The notes beneath the pieces were generated by a model that saw only the letters and a list, made by a program, of their open reading frames with translations, ran no database searches and was not told the origin of the DNA. A program made the position numbers and the translations under genes. Below, piece by piece: positions 59,132 through 64,000 of a stretch of 64,000 bases of DNA (its first letter is position 1; every line of letters starts with the position of its first letter). Source of the stretch: an uncultured Acidobacteriota bacterium (GTDB lineage Bacteria; Acidobacteriota; UBA6911); contig CAWEJX010000006.1 of NCBI GenBank assembly GCA_963809485.1, positions 160,001 to 224,000 on the forward strand, given 5' to 3'.

Positions 59132-60079
59132 ATGAACAAAGACGAACTATATCAGACTCCGTATAATTTCCTCGGGCTTCCGGCGGAACTTGCGGATCCG
59201 GCGCGCGCCCGCGGATGGCTTCTGCCGATTCCCTACGAATCCACAACCTCCTACGGCGCCGGCACCCGCGACGGGCCGGCGGCAATCCTGGCCGCATCTC
59301 GCCAGGTGGAGCTCTACGACCACGAATTCAGGGGGGAACCTGCGCTCGATTACGGGATTCACACGACGCTCCCGCTGAATCTTGTGCACCGCTCGCCGGA
59401 AGCTATGATCCAATCCGTGGAAAGCGCCGTTGCGGAGCTTTTGTCCGGGCCGCAACGGCCGGAGGTCCTCGGAGTGCTCGGCGGAGAGCACAGCATTTCC
59501 GCCGGTGTTGTGCGCGGCCTGGCACGGGCATCATCTGCCCGAAACCTGGTCGTGGTTCACATCGATGCGCACGCCGACCTGCGGGAAGAGTACGAGGACT
59601 CCCCTTACAGCCATGCCTGTGCGGCAAAAAGGATCCTGGAGACCTGCCCGATTTTTCAGATCGGGATCCGGAACTTCTCGATGGAAGAGGCAGTCTTCAT
59701 GCGTGGCAACCGCCGTGTACGGACGGTTTTTGCCGAAGAAGCGGTTGAGCCCGGAGGGCGTTTTTTGCGGGAGCTGGCTCAGTTCGTCAGGGGCAAGCGC
59801 GTATTTTTAACCCTGGACCTGGACGGCCTGGATCCGTCCATCATGCCGGCAGTGGGAACGCCGGAGCCCGGCGGGATTTCCTGGCAGCGGACGCTCGAAA
59901 TCATCCGGACCGTCTGCAAAAATGCCGCCGGAGTGCCTGTATTTGATGTTGTGGAGCTGGCGCCGATCGCGGGCTTTCGAGCCCCGGATTTTCTGGCGGC
60001 CAGGCTGGTTTACAAGCTTTTTACATACACGCTGATTCAGAAACAGAAGAGAAACAAAAGGAGAAGCGGGAATGGGTAA
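59132..60079 (+). CDS. speB: Agmatinase
   Basis: GGEHS, DAHAD, DLDGLDP, GTPEPGG. Confidence 0.92.
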   Translation: MNKDELYQTPYNFLGLPAELADPARARGWLLPIPYESTTSYGAGTRDGPAAILAASRQVELYDHEFRGEPALDYGIHTTLPLNLVHRSPEAMIQSVESAVAELLSGPQRPEVLGVLGGEHSISAGVVRGLARASSARNLVVVHIDAHADLREEYEDSPYSHACAAKRILETCPIFQIGIRNFSMEEAVFMRGNRRVRTVFAEEAVEPGGRFLRELAQFVRGKRVFLTLDLDGLDPSIMPAVGTPEPGGISWQRTLEIIRTVCKNAAGVPVFDVVELAPIAGFRAPDFLAARLVYKLFTYTLIQKQKRNKRRSGNG

Positions 60080-61229
60080 TGTCAAGCTGCCCAAAAGGTT
60101 TATAAGCAAATACCCGCACAAGTTTTCCAAGGGGAAACAGCAGTTTCTGCGCGGGAAGCGCATCCTTCCGAAGCCGATCACGGGCCGGGAGTCGGTGCGG
60201 GACCTGATCGACAATACCTTCCTGGCATACAACGCGGGGCGTTTGCAGGAGGCTTGCGGCCTGTTCGTGGAGAAAATGCTCCGGCCGAACGTCACTGTCG
60301 GCATGAGTCTTTCGGGTGCGCTGACTCCGGCGGGGTTGGGATCTTCGGTGGTTATTCCGCTCATCAACGCCGGTTTCGTGGACTGGATCGTCTCGACGGG
60401 CGCGAATCTCTATCACGACATGCACCACGCAATGAACATGCCTCTCTATCGCGGATCTCCTTTTTCCCCGGACCCGGAACTCAGGAAACTGGGTGTTGTA
60501 CGTATTTACGACATCCTGCTGGACTACAACGATGTGCTGATGGCTACGGATCACGTGTTGCGGCAGGTGCTCATGCAGCCCGAGTTTCAGCACGAAATGG
60601 GCACTTCCGAGCTCCACTACCTGCTGGGCAAGTATTGCGCCCAATTTGAGGAGCAGACCGGCAGAAAGAACTCCTCCGTTCTGGCGGCCGCGTACCGCGC
60701 GGGAGTCCCCTGCTTTTGCCCCTCGCCGGGCGATTCGACGATTGGTATGAACATCGCGGGATTGGAGCTGCGCAACAATGCGCTGCGCATCAATTCGTCG
60801 CGCGACGTGAATGAAACGACGGGGATTGTCCTGGCCGCAAAGCGCGCGGGCTTCAAGACCGGCACGCTTCTCATCGGCGGCGGGTCTCCCAAAAACTTCA
60901 CGCTCCAGACCGAGCCGCAGATTCAGGAAGTGCTCCGGGTCAAGGAAGAGGGACACGACTACTTCATTCAATTCACCGACGCGAGGCCCGATACGGGAGG
61001 CCTGTCGGGGGCGACACCGCATGAAGCCGTCACATGGGGCAAGGTCGATCCCCTGCAGCTTCCCGATGCGGTGGTGTGCTATGTGGATTCAACCGTCGCC
61101 TTCCCGCTGCTGGCGCACTATGCGCTGTCGCGGCACCGGCCCCGGAAGCTCAAACGTCTCTATCACAAGCTCCCGGCCATCATGGATTTGGTCACGAAAG
61201 AGTATTGGAAAAACAATAAACAACTGTAA
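60072..61229 (+). CDS. Deoxyhypusine synthase-like protein (probable homospermidine synthase)
   Basis: [41 protein letters not shown]. Confidence 0.88.
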   Translation: MGNVKLPKRFISKYPHKFSKGKQQFLRGKRILPKPITGRESVRDLIDNTFLAYNAGRLQEACGLFVEKMLRPNVTVGMSLSGALTPAGLGSSVVIPLINAGFVDWIVSTGANLYHDMHHAMNMPLYRGSPFSPDPELRKLGVVRIYDILLDYNDVLMATDHVLRQVLMQPEFQHEMGTSELHYLLGKYCAQFEEQTGRKNSSVLAAAYRAGVPCFCPSPGDSTIGMNIAGLELRNNALRINSSRDVNETTGIVLAAKRAGFKTGTLLIGGGSPKNFTLQTEPQIQEVLRVKEEGHDYFIQFTDARPDTGGLSGATPHEAVTWGKVDPLQLPDAVVCYVDSTVAFPLLAHYALSRHRPRKLKRLYHKLPAIMDLVTKEYWKNNKQL

Positions 61230-61295
61230 CCCAATTACGAATGACAAATGGACTCATACGCTTTTTATTTCGTCATTCGTAATTCGTGATTATAA

Positions 61296-62433
61296 ATGAT
61301 TAAGACCTCGTTACTGAAAGAGCTGGCCCGGCAACACGGGACTCCTTTGTTTGTCGTGGATCACGACGCTGTTCGCAGCAACTATGCGGCGTTCAAACGT
61401 CATCTGCCCCGCGTGCAGGCCTATTATGCGGTCAAGGCGAATTCGGATCCGGCGATCGTCCGAACCCTCTATGATGCAGGGTCCAGCTTCGACGTCGCTT
61501 CCATTGCCGAGTTCATGCTGGTCTATGACAATATCAAACACCTGCCGGCCGAAGCCCGCCAGAGCTTTATCTGGGACAAGATCGTTTATGCAAATCCGAT
61601 CAAAGACCGGCGCACGCTGGAGGAACTGGATCCCTTACAAGCCCCTGGTGGCTTTCGACAACATCGAGGAAGTCAAAAAGATCCGCAGGCATGCGCCCCA
61701 TGCCGGGCTGATGCTGCGGATCCGCGTTCCCAATACGGGATCCATGGTCGAACTGTCCAGCAAATTCGGCGCTTCCCCTGCCGAAGCCGTGGACCTGATC
61801 GCTACGGCGTTCAACGCCGGCCTGGTGGTCGAGGGATTGAGTTTCCATGTCGGCAGCCAGTGCACGAATTTTGAAAACTATGTCCAGGCGCTCTCGACGT
61901 CTGCGGCGCTTATGGAAGAAGCGGAGTCACGCGGGTTTTCGATGAAGCTGCTCGACATCGGCGGCGGATTCCCGGTGCGCTACGACCGGCACGTGCGGCC
62001 GTTCCGGGAATTGGCGAGGATCCTAAACACCGAACTGAACCGGCTGTTCCCGAGAGAGATGGAAATTCTCGCAGAGCCCGGAAGGTTCATGGTGGGCACG
62101 GCGGCGATCCTGGTCGCCGAAGTCATCGGCAAATCGGAGCGCGACGGCAAGCGCTGCTACTATGTGAACGACGGGATCTACCACACTTTTTCCGGCATCT
62201 TGTTCGACCACTGCCAGTACCAGGTGAAGGCCTTCAAGAAAGGCCCCAAACGCATATCCGCAGTTTTCGGACCTACGTGCGACGCCCTGGATGCCATCTC
62301 CCAGGCCGAGGCGCTTCCCGAGCTGAAACTGGGCGATCTCGTTTACAGTGAAAACATCGGCGCCTACAGCCACGCGTCGTCAACCTGGTTCAACGGCTTT
62401 CCCCCGGCGAAGGTCGTCCACATCAACCAGTAA
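61296..62433 (+). CDS. Type III PLP ornithine/lysine decarboxylase, split by a +1 frameshift at 61632-61637
   Basis: YAVKAN and FDVAS in the first frame; SKFG, SFHVGSQ, DIGGG, EPGR, GPTCD, GAY in the +1 frame; joined reading LEELDP-YKPLV. Confidence 0.85.
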
Positions 62434-62835
62434 TTGATGGCTAATGGCAAGTCTCGATTCGGGGCACATTGCAGAAAATATTCCTGTGGTTTCGTTTCCT
62501 TTCCTGTTTCCTTTCCTGTGGACACCCATAATTTTTCCGCCCGATTTATCTTCACGCAATATAATCTTCATTTTGCCCCGCTGAATCCAAGTCTCGTCTA
62601 TTGAACGACCAAGGGTTTCCAGAACCAAAGGTTCCAGGCCGTCATTTGAAGAGAGCGCATCCGACCGCAGTATACTCACTGGAAGATTTCCCTTGATTTT
62701 TTTTGAACTAACCTAAGATCTACGCATTACCGAAAACCGGCAGTTCGGCATTTCCCAAAAGATCATTAAGAACCAGTCCTTAAGCATTCAGCGATTGATT
62801 TGCATTTGTATGCCTTAAATCGTATGGAGGCAACC

Positions 62836-63273
62836 ATGCGCTTGGCATGCGGCATTCTTTTGGCCCTGCTGTTGTCGGCGACAGTATTCCCGCAATCCCG
62901 CCTGACCATAGACAGACTCAACCGGCAGGATATCCAGACAATTGATCAAGAAGTGTCCTACAGCACCCTGCTCGAAGGCACGATCGATGATCCCCTCCTG
63001 GCGGTCTACGTCCTTGTGTATGAACCGGGCATCGGCGGCTGGAAAACCTATCCCGCAACCGTCGATGAAATCCGCATCGATGAAGCAGGCGGCTACCGGT
63101 GGAGGGCCATATGCCATTTTGGTGAATACGGCGGCCGGGGTGTGGGGCTCTCCTACCAGGTGCGGGTGATCGCGATCGAGCCGGAGCGCATCACGCCCGG
63201 CAATCTGCTGGATTCCTTGCAGTCAATCCGGCTTCAAAGCAGCGACCTGACCATCAAGCGCGTGAAGAGATAG
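62836..63273 (+). CDS. Hypothetical exported protein
   Basis: GGAGG RBS, signal peptide, beta-rich body; 9 nt upstream of the RHS gene. Confidence 0.65.
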   Translation: MRLACGILLALLLSATVFPQSRLTIDRLNRQDIQTIDQEVSYSTLLEGTIDDPLLAVYVLVYEPGIGGWKTYPATVDEIRIDEAGGYRWRAICHFGEYGGRGVGLSYQVRVIAIEPERITPGNLLDSLQSIRLQSSDLTIKRVKR

Positions 63274-63282
63274 GGGGGCGCC

Positions 63283-64000
63283 ATGAAAAAGTCCATTCTC
63301 TTCGTCGTGATTGCGCTTTTGGGCTTCCCGGTCCTTCCCAGGACAGCGCTGATGGAAACGGAGTTGACCCACAAACCGAGGAATGCGCGCGGGATTTATT
63401 CCTTCGGGACCTATCTTGACGGTACAGGCCGGATCAATCTGGTCAACGGCAACCTGGTGTACGGCCGGCGGCTTATATCGCGCCCGGGCCGGGCCGGTTT
63501 CAATCTGGATATTTCGATCTATTACAACAGCAAGATCTGGGACCGTAATGGCAACGGGATGTATGTCAAGGATACCGGGAGCTGGGTAGGCATAGGATGG
63601 TATCTGGGATTTGCCAGACTTGTTCAGGGCGCCTCAAGCTATGCCCTTGTGGACCCGGACGGCTCGTCGCATGAGATCCAGCAGCATGACAACGGAGTGT
63701 GGAAATCGGTCGATTCGACCTACATTGTGCTGGATGTTGCGTCCAAAACAGCCACGCTCAAGGGAGGGATCCGGCTCGTATTCGGTAATACCGTGGGTAA
63801 TACCAGCTACATGACCGAGATGAAGGACGCGAACGGAAATAAAATTACGGCCACGTATGTTGCAGGGACAGGCAAGCTCAACGAGGTATTCGACAGTTTG
63901 GGCAAAGCCGCGGCATTTTCCTACAACGCCACCACAGGCTGCCTGGAGACCTTAACCTCCTATGGAACGTTCCGGGGCACGATTACGTTCAACACCAGCG
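63283..64000 (+). CDS. RHS/YD-repeat protein, N-terminal part (runs off window; not in ORF track)
   Basis: MKKSILF signal peptide; INLVNGNL, YNS, GIGW, DPDGSSH, DANGN..T.TY, DSLG. Confidence 0.85.
   Translation, partial: MKKSILFVVIALLGFPVLPRTALMETELTHKPRNARGIYSFGTYLDGTGRINLVNGNLVYGRRLISRPGRAGFNLDISIYYNSKIWDRNGNGMYVKDTGSWVGIGWYLGFARLVQGASSYALVDPDGSSHEIQQHDNGVWKSVDSTYIVLDVASKTATLKGGIRLVFGNTVGNTSYMTEMKDANGNKITATYVAGTGKLNEVFDSLGKAAAFSYNATTGCLETLTSYGTFRGTITFNTS

Noticed and set aside
1-64000. tRNA, rRNA, prophage or integrase genes
   Set aside because: None recognised by eye; tRNAscan-SE and Rfam scans would be needed to exclude them

Overview
This GC-rich bacterial window looks like an anaerobic Acidobacteriota genome (inferred from the Oar-like TonB-dependent receptor, Gly-rich TolC pair and RHS gene). 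Most of it is metabolic: trpB2, a fused NfnAB, malic enzyme, cimA, ilvC, a CoA-transferase/thiolase catabolic cluster and a polyamine operon. The standout is a 12-gene minus-strand cluster (30358->18245) that reads like an archaeal/eukaryote-type ESCRT membrane-remodelling system in a bacterium. It holds three Snf7/CHMP-like ESCRT-III proteins, two MIT-domain Vps4-like AAA ATPases, a possible winged-helix protein, two SPFH proteins, three zinc-finger proteins sharing N-terminal modules (one with a papain/transglutaminase-like domain) and a small membrane protein. An M23 peptidase and a DUF2235 lipase-like gene flank it. Other points of note are an Ile-codon attenuator upstream of cimA, a +1 frameshift at CCC-TTA in the ornithine decarboxylase gene, IS200/IS605-derived non-autonomous elements with nested palindromes (one disrupted by an IS1380), a double-deletion gene scar and a multi-hairpin sRNA candidate. 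All family calls come from reading motifs by eye; no database searches were run.
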